Positions 9,601-17,283 of a stretch of 64,000 nt of DNA are shown in pieces. The position numbers were made by a program, and so were the translations under genes. Origin of the DNA: Chloroflexia bacterium (GTDB lineage Bacteria > Chloroflexota > Chloroflexia > QHBQ01 > JADMIH01); the NCBI GenBank assembly GCA_036399775.1, contig DASWMJ010000053.1:94069-158068 (forward strand), given 5' to 3'. Positions within the stretch are counted from its first letter, which is position 1, and every line of letters begins with the position of its first letter. The notes beneath the pieces were generated by a model that did not search any database, had not been told where the DNA came from, and was given only the letters and a program-made list of their open reading frames with translations.

Positions 9601-10193
9601 ATGAGGTTGGGATCAACTCCTGGGGCGACTGTATAGGTGCCTTTCAGTTGGCCGCCGGTACCTGTGTATGCCAGGTTGATGCCCGGATAGAGGCCGGAGT
9701 AGGTGATGTTGGCGTAGGTGGGCAGGCCCGCGTTCCAATCGGAAGGATCGTCGCCTATCAGATAGTTGACTTTCCCCGGCAGGAGCGTGTCGCCTGCTAA
9801 AGACGGGGCGGGGTTGGAGCCTACGAATTGCATACGCACTACGCTTGGTGGTAAGGCGGCAACGATGTCAAGCGACGCGCTTTCCCTGGCGTCCAGGGCC
9901 TGCACAGGGGCGGACGCGAGCGATAGGACTACCTCGGAAGGGGTGAAGTACATTACGCCTCCCCGCGCGTGCGCCATAAAGCGGACCTGAGGGTCGGTGT
10001 GCCCGGCGTTCGGCTCGAATGCGAGGGGTAGTTTTCCGAGGTTGGGTTCCGCCAATTGCAGGGTTGAGTTCTTCGCGGGCGAGAGCGTACTGCCCGGGGA
10101 CAGCGGCCCGGCTTGAGCGCCTAACAGGGCCGCTACCGCCAATATTGTGGGCATCAAAGGCTTTGTGCCCTGTCGTACAGATTTGACCAGCAT
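6651..10193 (-). CDS. secreted surface protein with SBBP-type beta-propeller repeats, PT-rich linker and three SLH domains
   Basis: 1180-aa ORF with a signal peptide. Many D.(S/A)GN.Y(V/L).G.T.S.(D/N)FP repeats (SBBP-like). The linker is a TRTNTPVAPSPTRTATRTA-type repeat and the C-terminal triple-SLH cassette spans 6651-7257. Confidence 0.85.
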   Translation of the reverse strand: MLVKSVRQGTKPLMPTILAVAALLGAQAGPLSPGSTLSPAKNSTLQLAEPNLGKLPLAFEPNAGHTDPQVRFMAHARGGVMYFTPSEVVLSLASAPVQALDARESASLDIVAALPPSVVRMQFVGSNPAPSLAGDTLLPGKVNYLIGDDPSDWNAGLPTYANITYSGLYPGINLAYTGTGGQLKGTYTVAPGVDPNLIRWRYDGAASVSVDSAGNLVIVACAANGGQAVTVTEQAPIAWQTVNGKQVPVSVSYALQPGNTVGFLLDSYDPSQPLTIDPTILYSTYLGTNGDDAGFAIASDDAGNVWTTGVTGSSNFPILPNPGAYQGARASTFDAYVTKTNTNAAGVPSLVYSTYLGGNDNDFGRGIAVDASGNAYVVGQTLSTNFPLLGAYQGDQPGEDVFLAKLNAGGTALLYSTYLGGTGSDDGKAIAVSGTQAFITGSTESPNFPTRNGYYAPEAAPDVFITRINTASAGNTSLIYSEIYSGNGLDYGYGIATDGLGNAYVTGDTSSSDLPFTPNGLQDENNGGYFCECDSFLVKLDTNSSGVNAYKYSSYIGGVNEDYGRAIAADASGNAYLAGESAGLVYLTTNAYQGYYGGNGDGWVLRINTNLSGTAAVTYGSSFGGLWGDAIKGVDIDSAGNIYVAGHTNTPQSVAPPFPLRDAYQSTCGGCYRLEDGTGDAFVAKFNPNASTGNASLVYSTYLGGGAADGPRAPNDTAAGISVDSAGNAYVVGSTDAADFPVVNGYLSNSPYGVNTTDSFIARLGVVVPPSPTRTNTPVAPSPTRTATITATRTNTPVAPSPTRTATRTATRTNTPIAASPTRTNTPVAPFPTRTNTPIAASPTRTATRTATPLPPSPTRTATRTNTPIAPTATRTSTPRPTQTPGGATATRVPSNTPVPPTATRTRTAVPPSPTRTATRTNTAIPASATRTSTPRPTQTPGGATATIEPTATDTPIVEPTVETPIPTETPGIQPCDLQFSDVQEGSTFYSFVRCLACRGILGGYSDNTFRPGNNVTRGQLSKIVSNAAGFSDEPGAQMFEDVPPANGFFLWVQRLASRGFISGYPCGGANEPCGADGKPYFRPNNNATRGQISKIVSNAAGFNDDPPGQLFEDIPPTNGFFLWVQRLASRGYIGGYPCGGANEPCGASNLPYFRPNNNATRGQVSKIVSNTFFPNCETP
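7345..7895 (-). repeat. tandem/nested repeats encoding the Pro/Thr/Arg linker, including a ~174-nt duplication
   Basis: PPSPTRTATRTNT.I....ATRTSTPRPTQTPGGATAT occurs twice (nt ~7363-7460 and ~7537-7640), plus many shorter TRTNTP(V/I)A units. Confidence 0.75.
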
Positions 10194-10242
10194 GATTTTC
10201 CATCTCCTTCTACTAAGTGGGCGTGTATGCCGATTGCGATAA

Positions 10243-10332
10243 GATTATGGTGGAGGAGATGCTATAATGGGGTATACAGCCGGTAGTACAGCGTGGTACA
10301 GTTAGGAATACAGGTATACAGTATGTATACAC
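10243..10332 (+). promoter_or_regulatory. extended -10 promoter (TGCTATAAT, TATAAT 10263-10268) followed by six phased GTAYAC-type boxes
   Basis: GATTATG-N11-ATGCTATAATGGGGTATACAGC is conserved with 17106-17143. Boxes end at 10279, 10291, 10301, 10313, 10321 and 10332, giving spacings of 12, 10, 12, 8 and 11. Confidence 0.55.
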
Positions 10333-10334
10333 AT

Positions 10335-10450
10335 AGGGGTTCGGTAGGGGTCAGGGGTCAGAAGCGAACGTGAACCGTGAAACCTGATGCGTGAATCCAG
10401 AATAACCCTGGTCCTTGACCCCTGATCCCTGGCCCTGACCCCTGGTCCCT
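10335..10450. repeat. heptad-register hairpin element (GGGGTCA / CCTGAYC arms, CGTGAAM loop)
   Basis: aggggtcaggggtcag ... cgtgaaccgtgaaacc ... cctggtccttgacccctgatccctggccctgacccctggtccct. It lies in the leader of the regulator gene. Confidence 0.8.
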
Positions 10451-10463
10451 ATGCGGAGCACGA

Positions 10464-13094
10464 ATGAACGATGTGGCGTCCTTTGGTCGGTGGCTCAGGC
10501 AGCGTCGCCAATCTCTGGAGCTTAGCCGGGAGGACCTGGCGGAGATCGTGGGCTGCGCTCGCGTGACCATCGCCAAGATCGAGCAAGACGAGCGGCGGCC
10601 CTCAAGGCAGGTGGCGGAAAGGCTGGCCGAGGCGCTCAAGCTGCCCGCTGACGAGCGCGACGGCTTCATACTGTGGGCGCGGGGCGTTGCTGAAGAGGTA
10701 GCGCCCTCACTGCCCTTCCAACCTGCCTCTCCGCACCCGGCAATCCAACCCGGTCTCCCAATAAGCCCCTCAGCGCCCACGCCCAGGGAAGCGCCCCATC
10801 AGCAGCTTTCCACGCCGCCCGATACCATGCCTGCGTCTACCACTTCCTTTATCGGCAGGGCGCGGGAAGTAGCGAAGGTGCGTAGCCTGCTCTGGAGGGC
10901 CGACGTGCGCCTCCTTACGCTTACCGGCCCTCCCGGCATCGGCAAGACGCGCCTGGGCATGGCCGTAGCTGCTTCGGTACGACAAGACTTCGAGCATGGA
11001 GTGTGCTTCGTCGCCCTCTCATCTCTCAATGATGCAAGCCTGGTCGCTCCCACTATCGCGCAGACGCTCGGTTTGAAGGAAGTATCGGGGCAGGCCGTCG
11101 AAGTCACGCTCCAAACCTACCTGCGCGATAAGCAGATGCTCATGCTGCTGGACAATTTCGAGCAGGTCATACAGGCAGCGCCTCTGGTGTCGAATCTCAT
11201 GTCCGGCGCGCCCGGCTTGAAGCTCATGGTGACGAGCCGAGCCGTGCTGCACGTATATGGCGAGCACGAGTTTGTAGTTCCGCCGCTTGATCTTCCCTAC
11301 CCGAAGAAGCTCCCGGCGGTGGATGAATTGTCGCAGTGTGAGGCGGTAGCGCTCTTCACGCAACGCGCCCAGGCCGTGCAGCCAGGCTTTGCTTTGACAA
11401 GAGAGAACGCGCAGGTGGTGGCGCAGATATGCGTGCGCCTGGACGGGCTACCCCTCGCCCTGGAGCTTGCGGCGGCGCGCACCAAGCTGTTCACGCCCCA
11501 CTCTATGCTGGCGCGCCTCAACCAGAGGCTTTCGCTGCTGACCGGCGGACCCAGGGACCTGCCCGCCCGCCAGCAAACTCTGCGCGGCGCGATCTCCTGG
11601 AGCTACGACCTGCTCTCCGAGGATGAGCAAACCCTCTTCCGCAGACTGTCCGTCTTCGTAGCAGGCTGCACGCTCGAAGCCGCAGAAACTGTATGTGAAT
11701 TTGGAATTTCGGATTTCGAATTGCGAAATGAAAATGAACGAGAAACAAATTCGAAATTCGAAATCCGAAATTCCAAATCAATAGGCGTTCTTGATGGTTT
11801 GGCTTCGCTAATGGATAAGAGCCTGTTGCGGCAGGAGGATGCGAGCGGTGGAGAGCCGCGCTTCGTGATGCTTGAGACGTTGCGGGAATATGGTTTGGCG
11901 CAACTGGCGGAACGGGATGAGCTTGACATAATGCAACGCCATTACGCTGCTTATTATCTCGCGCTGGCCGAGCGTGCTGAGCCGGAATTGCGTGGGCCTG
12001 AGCAGGGGGTATGGCTGGCGCGATTGGAACAGGAGCATGATAATCTTCGCGCGGTCTTTCGCTGGGCGCTCGATGCGGGCGAGCAAGAGATAGCCTTGCG
12101 CTTGGGCGGCGCGCTTGGGCGGTTCTGGTACACGCGCAGCTACCTGGTTGAAGGGCAACAATGGCTCGATGCGGCACTCTCGGAGAGCGAGGACGCGGCT
12201 CCGGCGATTAGAGCAAAGGCCTTAGGCTCAGCAGGCTCATTGGCCCTGCTACAGAATGAGCATACGCGGGCAAGAGTGCTCATGGACGAGAGTCTGCGTC
12301 TTTGGCAGGTGGTAGGGGACCCCGCGAGCATCGCCAGGGGTATGAGCAACTTGGGCGCGGCGATTGCCATCCAGGGCGACTTCTCCCACGCTACTTCCCT
12401 CTTCGAGCAGAGCATGGAGATATGGCGAGAGGTGGGCGACGACTGGAACCGCGCGCTTTCCCTCGCCAATATGGGCTTCGCCATGCTCTGTCAGGGTGAC
12501 TATGAGCGTTCGGGTGCGTTATGCGCCGAAAGCCTGGCTATACGGCGCGTGCTAGGGGATACGTCCGGCATCACACTTTCCCTCATCAACCTGGGACTCG
12601 TGCCCTTGCACCAGGGCGACTACAGGCGAGCCATAGAGTTGTTCAAGGAAAGCATAGAGCTGGCACGCGAGTTGGGCGACAGGCGCAATGTAGCTCTAGC
12701 CTACACTTACCTCGGCCTCTCGGCATTGCGCCTGGGGGAGTACGAGCAGGCTTCTCATTACTACCAAGAGAGTCTGACTCTGTCCCGCGAGATTATGCAC
12801 AAGTTCGGCGTTGCCCGCACCTTCCTGGGGATGGCGGGTATCGCCTTCGAGGGAGGGCAGGTGGAGCGCGCCGTCAGCTTGTGCGGCGCTGCCGATGCCC
12901 AGTATGACAACCTCAACGTAAGCCTCACCCCGGCAGAGCGCGCCCTCCACGAGAAGACCCTTGATGCAGCGAAGTCCCGGTTGGACGGCGCAACCTTTGC
13001 CAAAGCCTGGGAAGCGGGCCAGGCCCTCTCCCTGGATGAAGCCGTTAACTACGCTAGGGGTCAGGGACCAGGGATCAGGGGTCAGAGGGAGTAA
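10464..13094 (+). CDS. STAND-type transcriptional regulator: XRE-family HTH + NB-ARC/AAA ATPase + TPR repeats
   Basis: 876 aa. HTH segment is LSREDLAEIVGCARVTIAKIEQDERRPS. Walker A is GPPGIGKTRL and Walker B-like is MLMLLDNFEQ. A long C-terminal TPR-like array follows (ALRLGGALGRFW...). It is a paralogue of 17284-19851. Confidence 0.85.
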   Translation: MNDVASFGRWLRQRRQSLELSREDLAEIVGCARVTIAKIEQDERRPSRQVAERLAEALKLPADERDGFILWARGVAEEVAPSLPFQPASPHPAIQPGLPISPSAPTPREAPHQQLSTPPDTMPASTTSFIGRAREVAKVRSLLWRADVRLLTLTGPPGIGKTRLGMAVAASVRQDFEHGVCFVALSSLNDASLVAPTIAQTLGLKEVSGQAVEVTLQTYLRDKQMLMLLDNFEQVIQAAPLVSNLMSGAPGLKLMVTSRAVLHVYGEHEFVVPPLDLPYPKKLPAVDELSQCEAVALFTQRAQAVQPGFALTRENAQVVAQICVRLDGLPLALELAAARTKLFTPHSMLARLNQRLSLLTGGPRDLPARQQTLRGAISWSYDLLSEDEQTLFRRLSVFVAGCTLEAAETVCEFGISDFELRNENERETNSKFEIRNSKSIGVLDGLASLMDKSLLRQEDASGGEPRFVMLETLREYGLAQLAERDELDIMQRHYAAYYLALAERAEPELRGPEQGVWLARLEQEHDNLRAVFRWALDAGEQEIALRLGGALGRFWYTRSYLVEGQQWLDAALSESEDAAPAIRAKALGSAGSLALLQNEHTRARVLMDESLRLWQVVGDPASIARGMSNLGAAIAIQGDFSHATSLFEQSMEIWREVGDDWNRALSLANMGFAMLCQGDYERSGALCAESLAIRRVLGDTSGITLSLINLGLVPLHQGDYRRAIELFKESIELARELGDRRNVALAYTYLGLSALRLGEYEQASHYYQESLTLSREIMHKFGVARTFLGMAGIAFEGGQVERAVSLCGAADAQYDNLNVSLTPAERALHEKTLDAAKSRLDGATFAKAWEAGQALSLDEAVNYARGQGPGIRGQRE
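11699..11778. repeat. perfect 24-bp inverted repeat (32-nt loop) of the GGATTTC/GAATTTC heptad family, inside the CDS and translated
   Basis: Left arm 11699-11722 is atttggaatttcggatttcgaatt. Right arm 11755-11778 is its exact reverse complement. It shares a 25-nt identical core, gaatttcggatttcgaattgcgaaa, with 61185-61209. Confidence 0.9.
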
Positions 13095-13209
13095 GCGTTC
13101 ATAACAAGGATGTCTCAAGCCTTTGCTTTATCCCTTACGTCACGGGTTAGGGGCCACCGCGACATATCGCTTTGTCGCCTAACCCCTGACCCCTGGCCCC
13201 TGACCCCTC
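13056..13209. repeat. inverted pair of CAGGGAY-type heptad tracts bracketing the gap between convergent genes
   Basis: 13056-13090 is aggggtcagggaccagggatcaggggtcagaggg and 13178-13209 is cctaacccctgacccctggcccctgacccctcg. The left tract encodes the last ~12 codons of the regulator. Confidence 0.8.
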
Positions 13210-13214
13210 GTTGC

Positions 13215-15578
13215 TTACCGACTATCGCAGTTGGGGTAGAAGGTATTGGCTACTATCTTGGAGACCTGGCCCCTTGTCGCGTTGTGGTTGGGACGGAAGT
13301 AGGGCAGGTTGCCGCCAACGCAAGGCTCGCCTGCGCCGCCGCAGTTGTAGCCGCCTATGTAGCCTCTGCTGGCAAGGCGCTGTATCCAGTCGTAGAAGCC
13401 GTTGGAGGGCGGCACGTCCTGGAACATCTGGCTACCTGCCGGGTCGTTGAACCCTGCGGCGTTGGAGACTATCTTGGAGATTTGGCCGCGTGTGGCGTTA
13501 GCGTTTGGCCTGAAGTAGGGCAGACCGCTCCCAACGCAAGGCTCGCCCGCGCCGCCGCAGTTATACCCGCCGATGAAGCCCCGGCCCGCGAGACGCTGTA
13601 CCCAGGTGTAGAACCCGTTCGAGGGCGGCACGTCCTGGAACATCTGCTCGCCCACAGCATCGTTTATACCGGCGGCATTCGATATAATCTTCGATAGCTG
13701 GCCGCGTGTGACGTTGGCGTTCGGGCGGAATGTGCAGTCGCTATACCCGCCGATTATGCCCCTGTTCGAGAGGCAGGTCACGAACGGGTGGAAGGTGCTG
13801 CCGGTGGGTACGTCGCTGTATTCGCCCGGCGTGCAGATAACAGGTGTAGGCGATGGCGGTGGTGGCCCACCACTGCACGATGGGAACTTGAACGAGCCTA
13901 TGCGCGTCTTCCACTCCTGTCCGAAACTGTCGTGGTATTCCTGGGTGTACCAGAAGGTGCAATCATCGCTGGGGTCCACAGTGAGGTCGCTGTAGTCGCC
14001 CCAACGCCCCTGCCCATTGCTGGCGGTCTGCGACCCGCTGCCGGAGATCAGCGTAGCCTCTCCCTGGCCCATAGTGCCCAGGGGATCGCCCGCCAGCCGC
14101 CCTGCATAGCGCACGCCCGGATAGACCGTCGCGCCCGTGCCGCCGGTTGACACGCTATAACCTATCGCGATGTTGCCGCGCCTGTCCATAGCGATACTCC
14201 CCATCCAGCGATGTATACCGTCGGTAGCCCCAGGCGCGTAGGTGCCCTGCTGGTAGATAGTGGGAGTGCCGCTGAGGTTGCGCAACTCGTACCAACGCTC
14301 GCCCGCGTAATTATTGGCGTTGACGTTGTGCAGCAGCACGAGCGATTGATGGGTGCCGACGTTGCGGTATGCGGCGCGGTACATCAGCCGGTCACCGATG
14401 CCGTCAAGCCTCGTGGTAGTGCCCGGCTGCGGGATGCAGTACTGGCACAACTCCGTGAAATTAGCTACGTCCAGGTTGGTGGGTCCCGTCCAGGTTGAGT
14501 TGGAAGGGGTCGCCCAGTCTACGTGGAACTTGTATATCTTCATTGGGTCGCCCATCATGGCGAAGGGATTGGGCGCGCCCGACGGCGGCGCGGTAGGGCC
14601 GTCCAGGTCGGCGGGCATAACCAGGCTGGAGCTTGTGCCGAGCGGGCCGGAGTTAGTCTGCATCGAGGCGCTCTGGCCGAGCAGCATCTTGGCGCGTTCA
14701 AAGACGTATGGCTGGCTGCCTGCGTAGCTGTTGCCGTTGAACTGGTTGACGCCCATGTAATAGCCGTCAGGCCACATTCCGAAGTGGGGGTAGTCCGGAA
14801 AGATGGTGCTGCTCATGAAGAAAGAGTACACCCAGTAGCTGCCCGTCGCGTCCGCCGTTTGCGAGATGGCAATACATTCATAGTAAGGCGCTTCTGCAGT
14901 GAACTGGCTCAGCAGCCACCTGTCTGCAAGCTGGTCGTACAATACTATGGGGTCGCCATCGTTGCGGTCGGCGCACTGTCCGCCTGTGCTCGCCCACAGA
15001 GCGTTGATGTTTGTGGGGGCAATGAGCGCGAGGCCGTTCTTGTCCCATATCTGGATAGCGGAGTTGACCATCTGCACGTAGTGGTTGGGCCCGACCTCCC
15101 CGTTGGTATCGGGCGGTATACCGCTACCGGCATTCGCCAGGTCCATACCATCGAAGTTCCTGATAGGCGCGGGCATGGCGGCGGGAGCAAGCGCGCCCAC
15201 CGGGTTCATTACTGATTGGATCACCGGGTCGGGCGCATCTACGTGCCCGAACAGGGGTATGCGGTCGTGCTCGTTCTCCGCCCAGACCTTCTTGTTAGCC
15301 ACGTCAACGGCGGGCAGGTCGCGGAGGGGCGGGGAGAGCGTCGGGGCAACCGGCTCGCTGGCCAGGATGCCGTTCGCGGTGGGTAGGTTGGTCCAGATGT
15401 CGCGCACCGGGGACTTGGCCTTAACGGCAGAGTTCTGCCCTACGACAATCGGGCCGAAGGGGCGTTGCTGGGGCGCTGTTTGCGTGGCGCTGCCAGCTAG
15501 CAAGAACCCTCCAAATGTCACAACCGCCAGGAGAATAGCGGTCAATAGCGCCGGGACTATACGTTTTGAATGTGCCAC
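13215..15578 (-). CDS. secreted protein of unknown function with three C-terminal SLH domains
   Basis: 787 aa, GTG start at 15578 with AAGGAG 7 nt upstream, and a signal anchor. The N-terminal ~580-aa domain has PPDTNGEVGPNHYVQMVN and RWGDYSDLTVDP motifs (propeller/sialidase-like by recall, unverified). The SLH cassette spans 13215-13821. Confidence 0.8.
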   Translation of the reverse strand: MAHSKRIVPALLTAILLAVVTFGGFLLAGSATQTAPQQRPFGPIVVGQNSAVKAKSPVRDIWTNLPTANGILASEPVAPTLSPPLRDLPAVDVANKKVWAENEHDRIPLFGHVDAPDPVIQSVMNPVGALAPAAMPAPIRNFDGMDLANAGSGIPPDTNGEVGPNHYVQMVNSAIQIWDKNGLALIAPTNINALWASTGGQCADRNDGDPIVLYDQLADRWLLSQFTAEAPYYECIAISQTADATGSYWVYSFFMSSTIFPDYPHFGMWPDGYYMGVNQFNGNSYAGSQPYVFERAKMLLGQSASMQTNSGPLGTSSSLVMPADLDGPTAPPSGAPNPFAMMGDPMKIYKFHVDWATPSNSTWTGPTNLDVANFTELCQYCIPQPGTTTRLDGIGDRLMYRAAYRNVGTHQSLVLLHNVNANNYAGERWYELRNLSGTPTIYQQGTYAPGATDGIHRWMGSIAMDRRGNIAIGYSVSTGGTGATVYPGVRYAGRLAGDPLGTMGQGEATLISGSGSQTASNGQGRWGDYSDLTVDPSDDCTFWYTQEYHDSFGQEWKTRIGSFKFPSCSGGPPPPSPTPVICTPGEYSDVPTGSTFHPFVTCLSNRGIIGGYSDCTFRPNANVTRGQLSKIISNAAGINDAVGEQMFQDVPPSNGFYTWVQRLAGRGFIGGYNCGGAGEPCVGSGLPYFRPNANATRGQISKIVSNAAGFNDPAGSQMFQDVPPSNGFYDWIQRLASRGYIGGYNCGGAGEPCVGGNLPYFRPNHNATRGQVSKIVANTFYPNCDSR

Positions 15579-15813
15579 GTGTGTGCTCCTTTTCTCTCTT
15601 TCTATTTTGCTCTTTCTTGCAACGGTTGAACCTCTCGCGGCGTCTTCAGCGCCGGTCTGCCCACCCTATATAAGCGCGGGCGGGCCATCTATACCCTGTC
15701 GGACCTCATGCCCACCTGGGGACTCGGACGCGATAAAAGACGCCCCGACTCTAGTGTGTATGCTGGGTGAGAGGTTCGGCTATATTATACATCCAGCTTG
15801 CCTACCTGAGAAT

Positions 15814-15897
15814 AGGGATCAGGGATCAGGGATCAGGGATCAGGGACCAGGGACCAGGGACCAGGGACCAGGAGTCAGAGCCTGACTCCTGGTCCCT
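15814..15897. repeat. tandem heptamers (4 x CAGGGAT, 4 x CAGGGAC) plus an 11-bp hairpin
   Basis: Read directly. The hairpin is ccaggagtcag-agc-ctgactcctgg at 15868-15892. Confidence 0.9.
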
Positions 15898-15904
15898 TTA
15901 TACC

Positions 15905-16984
15905 CTATTTTTCCTCGCCCATCGTCAGTTCGCCTTCGAGGACTTCGTCTGTCGCCTTGCGGTATAGTTGAACGCTGAGCTGGTCGCCGTCGGCGTGAGA
16001 GCGCAGGATGTTGCACACGTCAGTTTCGTCGGCGACGGAGGTGCCTTCCAGCTTGAGGAGCAAGTCCGCAGCTTCGATGCCCACTCCGGAGGCCGGGCTG
16101 CCGCTTGCCACGCCCACCACCGCCATACCTTCATCTGTGCCGAAATAATCAGCGAAAAGATTGGGGTAGAGGTTGAGGCCGATGTAGTGCCTGTTCATGC
16201 CTTCCTGTAGTTGCTCGATTATCGGCTTGGCGTGCGACATCGAGACGGCGAAGTTGATGCCAGGCTCGCGCTCGCCGCTGCTGGTGTAGAAGATGCGGGT
16301 GTTGATGCCGATCACCTCACCCTTCTGGTTGACGAGCGGCCCGCCCGAATTGCCGTGTGTGACGAAGGCCGTCATCTGGATCACGTCTTCGAGCTTGTCG
16401 CGCTGAGTATTGAGCTTCGAGATATTGCCGGTAGTTACCGTCAGGTCGTTGCCCAGGTCGAACGACTCCGGGTAGCCGAGCGCCATCACGGAGGCTCCTA
16501 CCTTCATCTTGTCGCTGTCGCCCAGCACGGCTTCTTCCATGCCACTCGTGTTGTCAACCTTGATAACCGCGAGATCGTCGCACTGGGAGCGGCCCAGCAC
16601 GCGGGCCGACCGGGTCTTGTCGCTGCCCGCGAGCGCGACCTTGATGATAGACGCCCCCTCGACTACATGAGCGTTGGTGGCGATGTAGCCATTCTCAAGG
16701 TCGTACACTACTCCGCTGCCCGCGCCCAGACCTTCAGGTGAGATGGCGGACTCAGCGAACTGAGCGAGGATGCGTACGACGGCCGGCCTCATTTTTTCGG
16801 CAAGCTCTTCGTCCGAGAGGTTAGCCCCGTCGCTGCCACTCTTGGGGGTGGCCTTTTCTTCCGGCTCTGCGGCCTCTTTGGTTGGCGCGGGGGTGTTGGT
16901 CGGCACGGGTGGCGGAGGGGTGTCACCTCCGCAGGCGCTGAAGAGCATAACGATAACTACCAGTAGTGGGATGACCCGTCGCAT
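15905..16984 (-). CDS. htrA: HtrA/DegP-family trypsin-like serine protease with C-terminal PDZ domain (lipoprotein-type signal)
   Basis: THGNSGGPLVN active-site Ser motif and TNAHVV His motif. I prefer the start at ATG 16984 (AAGGAG upstream, MRRVIPLLVVIVMLFSACGG) over the ORF-track start at 17083. Confidence 0.8.
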   Translation of the reverse strand: MRRVIPLLVVIVMLFSACGGDTPPPPVPTNTPAPTKEAAEPEEKATPKSGSDGANLSDEELAEKMRPAVVRILAQFAESAISPEGLGAGSGVVYDLENGYIATNAHVVEGASIIKVALAGSDKTRSARVLGRSQCDDLAVIKVDNTSGMEEAVLGDSDKMKVGASVMALGYPESFDLGNDLTVTTGNISKLNTQRDKLEDVIQMTAFVTHGNSGGPLVNQKGEVIGINTRIFYTSSGEREPGINFAVSMSHAKPIIEQLQEGMNRHYIGLNLYPNLFADYFGTDEGMAVVGVASGSPASGVGIEAADLLLKLEGTSVADETDVCNILRSHADGDQLSVQLYRKATDEVLEGELTMGEEK

Positions 16985-17105
16985 TCTTTTCTCCTTTCTC
17001 TCCTTTGACTTGTGAATGGTTTGGACCTGATGTTGGCTGTCAGGTATCTCGATTTCCTCGCGGGCATAATCTCCTGCCATCACGTAATAGCTGCCCCGCC
17101 CATAT

Positions 17106-17176
17106 GATTATGCCCGAAGGAATGCTATAATGGGGTATACAGCTAGGTATACACCATAATACAGATAAGTATACAA
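17106..17176 (+). promoter_or_regulatory. extended -10 promoter (TGCTATAAT, TATAAT 17126-17131) followed by four phased GTATAC-type boxes
   Basis: The same GATTATG-N11-ATGCTATAATGGGGTATACAGC as at 10243. Boxes end at 17142, 17154, 17164 and 17176, giving spacings of 12, 10 and 12. Confidence 0.55.
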
Positions 17177-17283
17177 TGTGGCGGGTAAATACGCCCAGAC
17201 CCACACATTTCTCAGCGCATGTTTTCCACGAGACGCCCGTGCCCGCCAGGCACCCCATTGTAGCACGGCATGGAGGAGGTTGT

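Noticed and set aside
15814-15867. Regular short repeats considered as a possible CRISPR array.
   Set aside because: The units are 7 nt and contiguous with no spacers, and no cas genes are present in the window.
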